Source: Blastocatellia bacterium (lineage in GTDB: Bacteria; Acidobacteriota; Blastocatellia; Pyrinomonadales; Pyrinomonadaceae). Taken from it: a stretch of 28,214 nt of DNA. Positions 8,652 through 17,187 of the stretch are shown piece after piece; position 1 is the first letter of the stretch; each line of letters opens with the position of its first letter. Below the pieces are notes generated by a model. That model searched no databases and was not told the DNA's origin. It was given only the letters and a program-made list of their open reading frames with translations. The position numbers were made by a program, and so were the translations under genes. The DNA is taken from positions 1-28,214 of the forward strand of contig JACDAY010000080.1 in the NCBI GenBank assembly GCA_013695195.1, read 5' to 3'.

Positions 8652-10424
8652 TTATTTTGCGCGGCCAAGTTTCGCGGATACGGCTTTGTAAACCTTTTCG
8701 AGCTCTTCGATACGGAGAAACTTTGCGGCGATAATAAAAGTAATCCCGCCGAGTCCAATTGGTATGAAGGCTTCAATAAGCCTGATCACAAAATCCTTTT
8801 GGGGAAAGTAAGCGGACAAAAAACGATAGCTCAGATAGCAAACAGCAGACAGGGCGGCTGACGCGATTGCGATTTTTATTAGAGCTATCAAAATTTCACG
8901 GCCGTTTAAGCCGTTTATACGCTTTCGCATTAAAACCGCTAATGCGATGAAATTTGCAATCGCAACTATAGAAGTTGCAAGAGCTACACCGACATGTCCG
9001 AATCCGTTCGGACGCTCCGGGCTTACGCCGACTGTCGAAAGAAATTTCATCAAGCCGAAACTTAAAGCGACGTGAACGATGATTGAAGCCAAACTCACAT
9101 ACATTGGTGTTTTTGCATCGTCCAACGCGTAAAAAGACGGTGAGAGCACCTTTATCGCGGCGTAACCGGCCAGGCCGACTGCGTAGGCCGTGAGAGCCCA
9201 CGCCGTCATATTCGTATCGAAACGGTCGAATTCTCCGCGTTCGTATATCAAGCTTATTATCGGCTCGCCCAGCACTATCAGCCCGCAAGCTGACGGAATG
9301 GCCAAAAGAAAAACGAGCTTTATTGCACCGGAAAGCGTAGAACGAAACTTGTCGAAATTATTCTCCGAAGCCAGACGTGAAAGCGCCGGAATCGCGGCCG
9401 TGCCGATCGCCACGCCAAATACGCCGATCGGAAACTGCATCAACCGAAAGGCGTAACTCAGCCACGAGGCTCCGCCTTCTATTCCTGAGGCGACGACCGT
9501 GTCAACCAAAACCTTTACTTGAATAGCGGATGTGCCGATGATCGCCGGACCCATAAGGCGCATGATTCGCCGCACTCCTTCGTCGGCAAAGTTTAGCGAA
9601 AGCGAGAATCGAAAACCGACTTTCAAAAGCGAAGGAATTTGTATTAATAGCTGTGCCGCGCCTCCGATCAAAACACCTATGGACATTCCTATTATCGCCC
9701 ATTGCGCCGATTCGCCCGGGATCAGATTTTTCTCATTTGAATATTCCCACCCGCCGCCGCTTAACCAAAACGCGAATCCGAGCCCGAAGATAATCGAAAC
9801 AATATTGAAAGCCGTGGAAGCTGAAGCCGGAATTCCGAAACGCCCTTTTGTGTTCAAAACGCCCATTGCCAGCGCCGCCAGCGCGACAAGCAGGATAAAC
9901 GGGAACATTATCTGCATCAGCGTCGTCGCAAGGGCAGCTTTTTCCGGCGGGTAATAATGATTCGGGTCGCCGAGATAGTTGTAGGTGATCGCGCTGACAA
10001 TAAGAGGCGAAAGGATAATTCCTGCAATCGTGATAACGCTTAAAACGACTGCCAGCCCATTGAAAACCATGCTTGCCAGCCGCCATGCTTCAGCTTCATT
10101 TTTCTTTAATTGATAATCGGTAAATACCTTTACAAATGCCGCGGACAACGCGCCTTCCGCAAAAAGATCGCGAAGCAGGTTTGGAACGCGAAATCCGACG
10201 AGAAATGCATCGTATAAAAAACCAGCACCGAAATACTTTGCAAAAATCGTCTCGCGGATCAAGCCTAAAACACGTGAGAACATCACGGCGACCGAGACAA
10301 TTCCTGCAGACCGCGCGACGCTTCGGTGTTTGACCGGCGCTTCCTGTGTAACTTCGTCAAACGAATCGGAAGGATCGGCTAATTGTTCAGGAGTTTCGGA
10401 TACGGATTTGTTTTTCTCGATCAT
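8652..10424 (-). CDS. murJ: Lipid II flippase MurJ/MviN
   Basis: SRVLGLIRE, DAF..GFRVPNLLRDLFAEGALSAAFV, RLMQFPIGVFGVAI, and multiple transmembrane helices. Confidence 0.96.
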   Translation of the reverse strand: MIEKNKSVSETPEQLADPSDSFDEVTQEAPVKHRSVARSAGIVSVAVMFSRVLGLIRETIFAKYFGAGFLYDAFLVGFRVPNLLRDLFAEGALSAAFVKVFTDYQLKKNEAEAWRLASMVFNGLAVVLSVITIAGIILSPLIVSAITYNYLGDPNHYYPPEKAALATTLMQIMFPFILLVALAALAMGVLNTKGRFGIPASASTAFNIVSIIFGLGFAFWLSGGGWEYSNEKNLIPGESAQWAIIGMSIGVLIGGAAQLLIQIPSLLKVGFRFSLSLNFADEGVRRIMRLMGPAIIGTSAIQVKVLVDTVVASGIEGGASWLSYAFRLMQFPIGVFGVAIGTAAIPALSRLASENNFDKFRSTLSGAIKLVFLLAIPSACGLIVLGEPIISLIYERGEFDRFDTNMTAWALTAYAVGLAGYAAIKVLSPSFYALDDAKTPMYVSLASIIVHVALSFGLMKFLSTVGVSPERPNGFGHVGVALATSIVAIANFIALAVLMRKRINGLNGREILIALIKIAIASAALSAVCYLSYRFLSAYFPQKDFVIRLIEAFIPIGLGGITFIIAAKFLRIEELEKVYKAVSAKLGRAK

Positions 10425-10437
10425 TGCTAGACGGACA

Positions 10438-10488
10438 GGTACTACGGGCTGTCAGCCCCGTAGTGACAGACTGACAGTCTGTCGTACC
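10438..10488. repeat. REP doublet (GTAC-tagged), inverted orientation
   Basis: GGTAC-TACGGG CTGTCAGC CCCGTA-GT-GACAGACTG A CAGTCTGTC-GTACC: two hairpins bounded by inverted GGTAC/GTACC. Confidence 0.7.
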
Positions 10489-10532
10489 GTAGAAGTTTGC
10501 ATTATCTCATCAAACAGGACAACCGGAAAAAC

Positions 10533-10563
10533 AAAAAAAGGAAGCATTTTTTGATGCTTCCTT
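10533..10563 (-). terminator. Rho-independent terminator downstream of dacB
   Basis: AAGGAAGCAT / ATGCTTCCTT 10-bp stem with a 6-nt loop, followed by a U-tract on the minus strand. Confidence 0.75.
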
Positions 10564-10615
10564 CGGATTATACATACCACTATGAAGAACAAACTAAAGT
10601 TTGAACTCAAAACAC

Positions 10616-12049
10616 TTATTCACTTCCTGCGGGGCGCGAAGCGGGATAAGTAATTCTGGTTTTTGCGAGCCGGACATCAAGCGCAACAGGGCTGTAGGCC
10701 ATCGGAGCTGCTCCGCCGAACTGTCCCTGGATCAGCGAGATATAATGGTTCTGAAAATTTCTAAACCTTGCAACGCTGCCTCGTTGATTGAATATTACAA
10801 AAAGGAACTTTCCGGCCCGCGTGTTTATTTCACCGGCGAGAGCACTTACGCCGCCGTCGGTCTGGCCGAGCGTTCCGGTTTTGCCGACGACGCTGCCCAT
10901 CGAAAAATCCGTGTCAAAGCGGTTTTCGAGCGTTCCTTTATCCACTCCGGCGACGGGCATAATGTCAGCAAAAGTCATTTTATATCTCGCCAACTCGTGC
11001 CGAAGGGTTCGCAAAAGTTTCATCATAGCTTTCGGCGTAACGCGGTTGATGCCTAAACCGCTGGACGTTTGGATAGAAAATTCCATCGGCCCGACACCGG
11101 TATTCTGCTGCACGACCCTTGCAACTGCATAAGGGCCGCCGAGCATATCGCCAAGTCTTTCGGAGAGAAAATTGTTCGAATAGCACATCGTGGTCTTCAC
11201 GATTTCGCGCATCGGCGCAGATTCGTGCGAGAAGAGAAGTTTTAGATTGCCCGGCATCGGCTGAACATAAACGCCGCCCGAAAAAGTTACACTCGGAACG
11301 CCCGCCAACCGATTGAGCTTGCCTGAGCTGACAAGATGATTCGACCATACGCGGTTTGCGGCCGCCGATCTTTTCGACGCATCCACCGAATCGAAAAGCG
11401 ACTGGCTCGATCGCACGGGCGAGTTCGAATAGTTCATCGCGAAATTATCGGTTACGACCAGATCGCCTTTGATGATGCGGATTCCCATCCGGTTGAGCTC
11501 GGCCGCAACTGTAACAGCGTGTTCAAAACCGAACATCGGATCGCGCCCCGAAACATAAATGTTGCCGTGAATAGTCCCGGTCGCCTCTTCGTAACTGCCG
11601 TCGGTCCAGACATTCGTCGGAAACCGGTAATCCGGGCCAAAAGTTTTCAGGACAGCATACGCCGTCGCAATCTTCACGTTCGACGCCGGATTGTATGCGA
11701 AATTTGAACCGCTATCCACAACGACTTTGCCGTCTACCGATTCAACCAGGACGCCGGAATAACCTGGAATCACCGCCTCGGCCAGCACCGGAATCGAGGT
11801 TTTGATCTTATTTAAACTTACCGAGCCACCGGGCGTAACGTTTCCCGTTTTCGTTACCAGCGGAGTTGAAGAAAGCGCCGCCGGCGCCGGCTGTTTATAA
11901 ACCTCTATGTCCTGCAGCAGCGGCTTCGTGCCGGACGGTGAGGCCGTTGTTTTCCCGCCTTCGGACTGCGCAAATCCCGAAAGACCGCACAATGAAATCA
12001 AAGCTGAGACACATAACCCTGCTACTTTTTTACTTGTAAAACTTTTCAT
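10616..12049 (-). CDS. dacB: D-Ala-D-Ala carboxypeptidase/endopeptidase, peptidase S13 (PBP4/DacB)
   Basis: Signal peptide, SxxK (PASNVK), SxN (YSNNF), KTG (GKTGTL), SGLGINRVTP. Confidence 0.9.
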   Translation of the reverse strand: MKSFTSKKVAGLCVSALISLCGLSGFAQSEGGKTTASPSGTKPLLQDIEVYKQPAPAALSSTPLVTKTGNVTPGGSVSLNKIKTSIPVLAEAVIPGYSGVLVESVDGKVVVDSGSNFAYNPASNVKIATAYAVLKTFGPDYRFPTNVWTDGSYEEATGTIHGNIYVSGRDPMFGFEHAVTVAAELNRMGIRIIKGDLVVTDNFAMNYSNSPVRSSQSLFDSVDASKRSAAANRVWSNHLVSSGKLNRLAGVPSVTFSGGVYVQPMPGNLKLLFSHESAPMREIVKTTMCYSNNFLSERLGDMLGGPYAVARVVQQNTGVGPMEFSIQTSSGLGINRVTPKAMMKLLRTLRHELARYKMTFADIMPVAGVDKGTLENRFDTDFSMGSVVGKTGTLGQTDGGVSALAGEINTRAGKFLFVIFNQRGSVARFRNFQNHYISLIQGQFGGAAPMAYSPVALDVRLAKTRITYPASRPAGSE

Positions 12050-12116
12050 TTATTTAACTAACTGTCGAGTTTCGAGGCGTGGAAGGGACCTCCTGATCGA
12101 TAAGGAAGCTTTTCAT

Positions 12117-12125
12117 AGTATACCA
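12117..12125 (-). promoter_or_regulatory. Putative extended -10 promoter for dacB
   Basis: Minus strand TGG-TATACT (TGn-TATAAT-like), about 70 nt upstream of the dacB ATG. Confidence 0.35.
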
Positions 12126-12439
12126 CAAAAACTTCTTACTTTTTCATATTTCCGCGAAACATCCGATTATCCAAAATCTCAAAACCTGACATCCATTGCG
12201 ATGAGTAAATCTTAAGTATAGATGCATAAAATTTAAGCACTGCTTATGGCAGCTATCTATTCTACTTATACAACAAAATCTTATAATTATAAAGGATTCT
12301 TTGTGGAGCAGCCCTCTGACCAAAAAAATTGACTTTGATTTCATTCTGCGGTAAACGTTAGGTAGAATTTATTACTACATACTAAACAATACTGCCAAAT
12401 CTTATAAACTAGCTAGATATTGGTCTTTCGGAGGTTCTA

Positions 12440-13234
12440 ATGAAAAGTAACAGGATTATTTGGGGAATAGTATCGTTGGTTGTTTTGATAACTATAGCCG
12501 TAACGACGGGAACGCTCGACGGACTTGGCCAGGAAAAATCCGGCTTATTGCCGAAAGCGACGCCTCCAACCGATGGCCCGGACTTTAGCAAGTACGGCAT
12601 CACTGATTACGACGCCGTGGTGTCAGTTGCGGCGTCAGAATCGGAACGAAGAATGCGCAAAAGCCAACGCTACGACAGCCAGGGATGGGTGCAGAGGAAT
12701 TCCCACCCTGAAACGGGGAAGATTGGCCGGTACACTGAAAGGGAGCCTCCACCGACGATACCGACCGAAGAGAGCGATCTTATTGTGACCGGTAGAATTG
12801 CGGGTGTAACGGCGCATCTTTCAAATGATAAGAGGGGTGTATATTCCGAATTTACAGTGAAAGTTGATCAAGTACCAAAGAACATTGTTCCGATTGATAT
12901 CGAGAGAGGAAGCTTGATCACAGTTGACCGGGCCGGTGGAGTCGTCCGCTACCCGAACGGTCAGACGGTACTTTACTTAGATAGTGAGGATGGGCTGCCG
13001 GAAGTAGGTCGCGAGTACCTAATGTTCCTCACCAGTGACAAGAAGAGCGAAAACTACGCGATTCGGACTCTGTATGAGTTGCAGGAAACCCGTACAGTTC
13101 CATTGGATCACGGGCGTCGTATGGATGACATCAAGCGGATGGGCAAATCCGATTTCGTCAAGTCTGTCCGAGAGAAGTTGTCCCGGCCAGTCGTGGACGA
13201 CGCACCAAGGAGAAACCATGAGGATCAAGAATAG
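12440..13234 (+). CDS. Hypothetical exported protein
   Basis: GGAGG SD, hydrophobic N-terminal helix, 264-aa ORF with coding-like composition, and a downstream terminator. Confidence 0.8.
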   Translation: MKSNRIIWGIVSLVVLITIAVTTGTLDGLGQEKSGLLPKATPPTDGPDFSKYGITDYDAVVSVAASESERRMRKSQRYDSQGWVQRNSHPETGKIGRYTEREPPPTIPTEESDLIVTGRIAGVTAHLSNDKRGVYSEFTVKVDQVPKNIVPIDIERGSLITVDRAGGVVRYPNGQTVLYLDSEDGLPEVGREYLMFLTSDKKSENYAIRTLYELQETRTVPLDHGRRMDDIKRMGKSDFVKSVREKLSRPVVDDAPRRNHEDQE

Positions 13235-13342
13235 CTAAGAGCTAACGCTCCAAATAACTCTTATTCTGATCTGACTGGTTGTTTTATTCATCCAGTGGTC
13301 AAATAAAACTGCCAAAGCGTAATTGCCAGCAAGCCGAATCAT

Positions 13343-13375
13343 AAAAAGGACGCTGATATTTTCGGCGTTCTTTTT
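13343..13375 (+). terminator. Rho-independent terminator
   Basis: AAAAA-GGACGCTGA-tatt-TTCGGCGTTC-TTTTT stem with G-U pairs, flanked by A and T tracts. Confidence 0.6.
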
Positions 13376-13457
13376 GTATTTGTATTTTTGAATATGTAGT
13401 CAGAAAATCATTGACACGGCACGCTCACGCTTCTAAAATTGAATTGCTTTAAATTTT

Positions 13458-14120
13458 GTGAAACGAAAACAAGAAACTGTAAAACTCGAAGCAATTAAGG
13501 CTGTTTATGCAGAGAGACGAACTGACATCCGCCGGCGTCTTGCGGAGTTTGAAAATATTTGGAAACGGGGAACGGACGCCGATCTTTGGGAAGAGATGGT
13601 TTTTTGTTTTTTTACCGGCGGGTGCTCGGCAAAGATGGGGCTTCGTTCGATAAATGCGGTTAGGCCGCTTTTGGAATGCGGCACACAAACGGAGTTGGCT
13701 GCAGCCCTGACGGGCGTTCACCGGTATCCGAATGCGAGATCGAGGTACGTCGTTGCTTCGCGGGATTTTCTTTCCAGGCACTGCAATATGAATCTGCGGG
13801 ACAAGCTTCGGAGCTTTGACTGCCGGTTTGAGCGGCGGGATTGGCTGGTCAAGGAAAAAGGGATAAAGGGACTGGGTTATAAAGAGGCAAGCCACTTTTT
13901 ACGTAACATCGGATTTTCGGGTTATGCCATTCTGGACAAGCATGTTTTAAGGTGTCTGGCCGAGTTGGGAATTATCGATGAGCCAAAGCCCCCAAATACA
14001 CGTTCGAAGTATCTGAAGGTTGAAGAAAAATTGAAAAGCCTTTCAATTGCCGCCAATATAGATTTTGACGAACTGGATCTGGTTCTTTGGTCAATGAAGA
14101 CTGGCGAGATCCTGAAATGA
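13458..14120 (+). CDS. ogg: N-glycosylase/DNA lyase (8-oxoguanine DNA glycosylase, OGG2 type)
   Basis: EEMVFCFFT, HRYPNAR..Y, HhH motif KGLGYKEASHFLRNIG, AILDKHVLR, LDLVLW. Confidence 0.88.
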   Translation: MKRKQETVKLEAIKAVYAERRTDIRRRLAEFENIWKRGTDADLWEEMVFCFFTGGCSAKMGLRSINAVRPLLECGTQTELAAALTGVHRYPNARSRYVVASRDFLSRHCNMNLRDKLRSFDCRFERRDWLVKEKGIKGLGYKEASHFLRNIGFSGYAILDKHVLRCLAELGIIDEPKPPNTRSKYLKVEEKLKSLSIAANIDFDELDLVLWSMKTGEILK

Positions 14121-14151
14121 TTTCACGCTGACAACATAAAGGGAAAGGAGT

Positions 14152-15732
14152 TTGATTATGAGACTTGATTATCTTAGGGCCGGCCCCGGGTGGTCACCTT
14201 TCCGTATAAAGTATTTAGCGTGCACTATTATTTTATTTTCTGTTACAGCAATATGTGCTCCGGATATTCAGCAAGTTAAATCCGACGATCCCCGCCGATC
14301 GCTGAAACAGGCTGAAAAGTTGATAAAAAAGGGCAGCCTGACCGAAGCTGAGAAGATTCTGCTCGATGTGGTCGCGGCAGCTCCTGATAATTCCACTGCT
14401 AAACTCCGCCTCGCATTCGTTTATCAAAAGCAAAGACGATTGCTGGACGCCTACGAAATAAGTTTCGCGATTGCGAAAGCCGAACCGAAAAATTCACAAG
14501 CTTTTGCCATCCTGGGTGCTACGCTGCTCAGTGCCGGAAAATTCGCAGAAGCAAGGACGTTCTTTCATAATTCGATAAAGCTCAACAAAAGAGAAGCGTT
14601 AGCCTGGGCTGGTTTAGGGCTGCTCGATTTTTACGAGAATCGTATTACTGAAAGCCTGCAAAATCTTCAGGAAGCCGTTTTTTATGATTCCAGCCAGCCC
14701 GATTATTTTTTTGCTCTTGCTCAGGTCTCGGCACGGTCGGACAAGTATACGGAAGCCGCCGAGGCTTATTACAGGTTTTTGAGCATTTCGCGTGATACCG
14801 ACGACGAGCGGCGGGCACGCATCAAAAGTCTTATAAGTTTTCTCCGGTTTCTCGGACATAAGCAGACGCTCTATGTAACCCGTAATGGGGCGCAAACTGC
14901 AGTTCGGTTCAAGCTGACAGGAAACCGGCCGGTCATAGAAGTAAAGATCAACAGCAGCCGGGAAACTCTAAACTTTGTTCTCGATACGGGTTCGGGCATA
15001 TCGGTAATTTCAGACAAAACTGCGAAAAGACTTAAAATAAATCCCGTTGCGAAGGGCGGATTTGCCACGGGAATAGGCGGCAACGGCAAATTCGATATCG
15101 TTTACGGTTTTCTGCGGCGAGTCGATATCGGTAAAGTGGAAATAGGAAATGTGCCGGTTTATATACGCAAGTTCCACAGCGACAATGATGATATTGACGG
15201 TTACATAGGTCTCTCACTGATCTCTAAGTTTCTGACTACCATAGACTACGGCAGTTTGACATTCACTTTGTCGGCTGCAAAGGCGCTCGACGGCGCAGTT
15301 GTTGCGGATCATAGCGTACTGCTCCCTCTCAGGTTAACATCGAGCGGCTTTTTGAGTGGTGAAGTGCTGCTTGAAGGCATCGATGCTCCGTTAAATTTTA
15401 TTGTCGATACAGGTGCGAGCGTTTCAGTCATTTCAGATGAGGTTGCCAATAGGCAGGGCATCAGCCGGTTTGTCAAAAACGAGACGATGCGGGTGATCGG
15501 CGCGGCAGGCATTATCGACAATGTTCCGCAATTCCTGCTTCCGCGCGTGAGTTTCGGAACACATTCGAGAAAGAGTGTTACTGCTATTGCTCTGGATCTG
15601 GATATGGTTAACGAAATGTCCGGATTCGAACAGGCGGGAATTTTGGGTGGAAATTTCCTGCGAAATTATCGCGTAACCTTTGACTTTAAGAATTCAAAAG
15701 TTATTTTTGTTCCGATAAACCTGGAACAATAG
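14152..15732 (+). CDS. Exported TPR protein with two retropepsin-like aspartyl protease domains
   Basis: Hydrophobic N-terminus, TPR-like helices at about aa 45-215, FVLDTGSG...DGYIGL and FIVDTGAS...GILGGNFL. The start is TTG 14152 or ATG 14158. Confidence 0.85.
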   Translation: MIMRLDYLRAGPGWSPFRIKYLACTIILFSVTAICAPDIQQVKSDDPRRSLKQAEKLIKKGSLTEAEKILLDVVAAAPDNSTAKLRLAFVYQKQRRLLDAYEISFAIAKAEPKNSQAFAILGATLLSAGKFAEARTFFHNSIKLNKREALAWAGLGLLDFYENRITESLQNLQEAVFYDSSQPDYFFALAQVSARSDKYTEAAEAYYRFLSISRDTDDERRARIKSLISFLRFLGHKQTLYVTRNGAQTAVRFKLTGNRPVIEVKINSSRETLNFVLDTGSGISVISDKTAKRLKINPVAKGGFATGIGGNGKFDIVYGFLRRVDIGKVEIGNVPVYIRKFHSDNDDIDGYIGLSLISKFLTTIDYGSLTFTLSAAKALDGAVVADHSVLLPLRLTSSGFLSGEVLLEGIDAPLNFIVDTGASVSVISDEVANRQGISRFVKNETMRVIGAAGIIDNVPQFLLPRVSFGTHSRKSVTAIALDLDMVNEMSGFEQAGILGGNFLRNYRVTFDFKNSKVIFVPINLEQ

Positions 15733-15755
15733 TAAAAATTCCTGCCGCAATTCTT

Positions 15756-16214
15756 ATGAAATTAAGCTTGTATTTGGAAACATCCGTGATCGGAGCGTAT
15801 CTTGACAACGGTGATCCGCTTCGCCGTGATCTGACGATTCGCTGGTTTGAGCACGAGTTGTCCGAGTATCAGGTTTACAGCTCGATCCTGGTTCAGCGTG
15901 AGCTCGAACGTATTGACGAACCGCACCGCACAGGCTATCTCAAGATCGTGAAGCCGTTCGAGCGCCTGGAGCTTGCCGAAGAAGTAGCCATCTTGGCCGA
16001 AGGCTATATTTCGCGGGGAATTTTTCACCGAAAATTCATGGCCGACGCCGTTCATGTTGCTATAGCCTCGTTTCACAAGATCGATTATCTCGTAACCTGG
16101 AATTTCGGCCATCTCGCCAATGTCCGCAAACAGGCAAGAATTCGCCTTTTTAATACCGCCGCAGGATTTTACTCGCCTGTAATCGTTACCCCCGAGTTCC
16201 TCGTTCACAGTTAA
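15756..16214 (+). CDS. PIN-domain (VapC-like) ribonuclease / putative type II toxin
   Basis: LYLETSVI, VQRELE, DAVHVAIA, YLVTWNFGHLAN: PIN acidic residues and motif spacing. Confidence 0.85.
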   Translation: MKLSLYLETSVIGAYLDNGDPLRRDLTIRWFEHELSEYQVYSSILVQRELERIDEPHRTGYLKIVKPFERLELAEEVAILAEGYISRGIFHRKFMADAVHVAIASFHKIDYLVTWNFGHLANVRKQARIRLFNTAAGFYSPVIVTPEFLVHS

Positions 16215-16274
16215 GTGCAGCCGGTTTGATTGCCTTGACTATTAGCGGCCTACAATCCACGATTTACTAAAGCT

Positions 16275-16472
16275 ATGTATCGACGCCCGAAATTTTTAGA
16301 AGTGCTGATCGAAATCCGCCAGGAAATGGCGCGTGAAGCCGATTACGACGTCGATTTTTTTTCGGAGATGGTTCGTTCCGGACAGTTGACGCGCCGCAAA
16401 AAGATGCACTCGCTGCCGGATACGCCGCTTGAACCGGACCTCGATGAAAGTCCGCGAAAAGGTGCGGTGTAA
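16275..16472 (+). CDS. Small hypothetical protein, candidate antitoxin
   Basis: 65 aa, 60 nt after the PIN gene; amphipathic helix FLEVLIEIRQEMAREADYDVD and an acidic, Pro-rich tail. Confidence 0.6.
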   Translation: MYRRPKFLEVLIEIRQEMAREADYDVDFFSEMVRSGQLTRRKKMHSLPDTPLEPDLDESPRKGAV

Positions 16473-16533
16473 ATTGCCGGGGTGGCAGCAGTTGTGCTAA
16501 TTGTAACTCCTAAAACTCCTAAACAGGCTCCGC

Positions 16534-16562
16534 TTGCTACATCTCAGAAATTGCTTTAATAT
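16534..16562 (+). promoter_or_regulatory. Possible sigma70-type promoter for the slt-amidohydrolase pair
   Basis: TTGCTA-N17-TAATAT, 42 nt upstream of ATG 16605; a motif match only. Confidence 0.3.
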
Positions 16563-16604
16563 CCCAACCGGCAAACAAACTATTGCCTTTATTCATCCTT
16601 TTCA

Positions 16605-17177
16605 ATGTACAGATATATCGTTTCCTGTTTGTTTATCGTTGCTATTATTGTAGCGGCAGGGTCGTATTTTTTCATTTCTTACTGGGTACATCGGTACGAC
16701 GATCTGATTACGCGGCAGGCGAGAGTATATCGCCTGGACGAAAAGCTGGTTTGGAGCTTAATTTACGAGGAGTCTTATTTTCGGGCTTGGAAGATCGGCG
16801 CCGATGATGAGATCGGCCTTATGCAGGTAACGCCGCTTGTCGCACGTGATTGGGCCGGTGAGACCGGATTCAGAGAGTTTGAAAGGCAAACAGCTGATAA
16901 TGTTGTCGAATTTTTGCGCGATCCCGAGCGGAATATACAGGTCGGCTCGTGGTATCTGGAAAAGATTCGTGAACGGTATCGCGGCCGCCCGGCGGAGACG
17001 GCAATGACGCTTGCCGCCTACAATGCGGGGCCGAGCCGTGTCGAAGAATGGACGAAAGACATTCAGCCGCAGCAGCTTTCCGAAGCCGATTTTATATCCC
17101 GAATCGGGATCGCTTCTACTAGGGCTTACGTTTCATCGATCTTGGAACGATATAGAGTTGAACAAGTAAAAAGGTAA
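16605..17177 (+). CDS. Membrane-anchored lytic transglycosylase (SLT domain)
   Basis: N-terminal TM helix, IYEESYF (catalytic E-S), GLMQV, AAYNAGPSRV, TRAYV. Confidence 0.9.
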   Translation: MYRYIVSCLFIVAIIVAAGSYFFISYWVHRYDDLITRQARVYRLDEKLVWSLIYEESYFRAWKIGADDEIGLMQVTPLVARDWAGETGFREFERQTADNVVEFLRDPERNIQVGSWYLEKIRERYRGRPAETAMTLAAYNAGPSRVEEWTKDIQPQQLSEADFISRIGIASTRAYVSSILERYRVEQVKR

Positions 17178-17187
17178 AAGGCAAAAG

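Noticed and set aside
8645-8776. ORF-track N-terminal extension of the gamma-CA gene (also of uma2, kelch, PagL and FG-GAP genes)
   Set aside because: The extensions overlap upstream genes or precede better starts, some with SD or signal peptides; trimmed.
10567-10572. Perfect TATAAT on the minus strand upstream of murJ
   Set aside because: No usable -35 or TGn element, and the implied start falls inside the dacB terminator hairpin; not reported as a promoter.
13235-13450. Possible ncRNA between the hypothetical gene and ogg
   Set aside because: Only a terminator-like hairpin is evident; no recognisable riboswitch or sRNA structure.
15762-16208. 148-aa minus-strand ORF
   Set aside because: Exactly antisense to the PIN gene, which has the recognisable motifs.
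2332-16472. Uma2 + PIN + MazG as a defence island
   Set aside because: The genes are far apart, embedded singly among housekeeping genes, with no integrase, att sites or shared boundaries.
16504-16523. TAACTCCTA AAACTCCTA 9-nt duplication
   Set aside because: Only two units and no inverted partner; too weak to call a repeat family.
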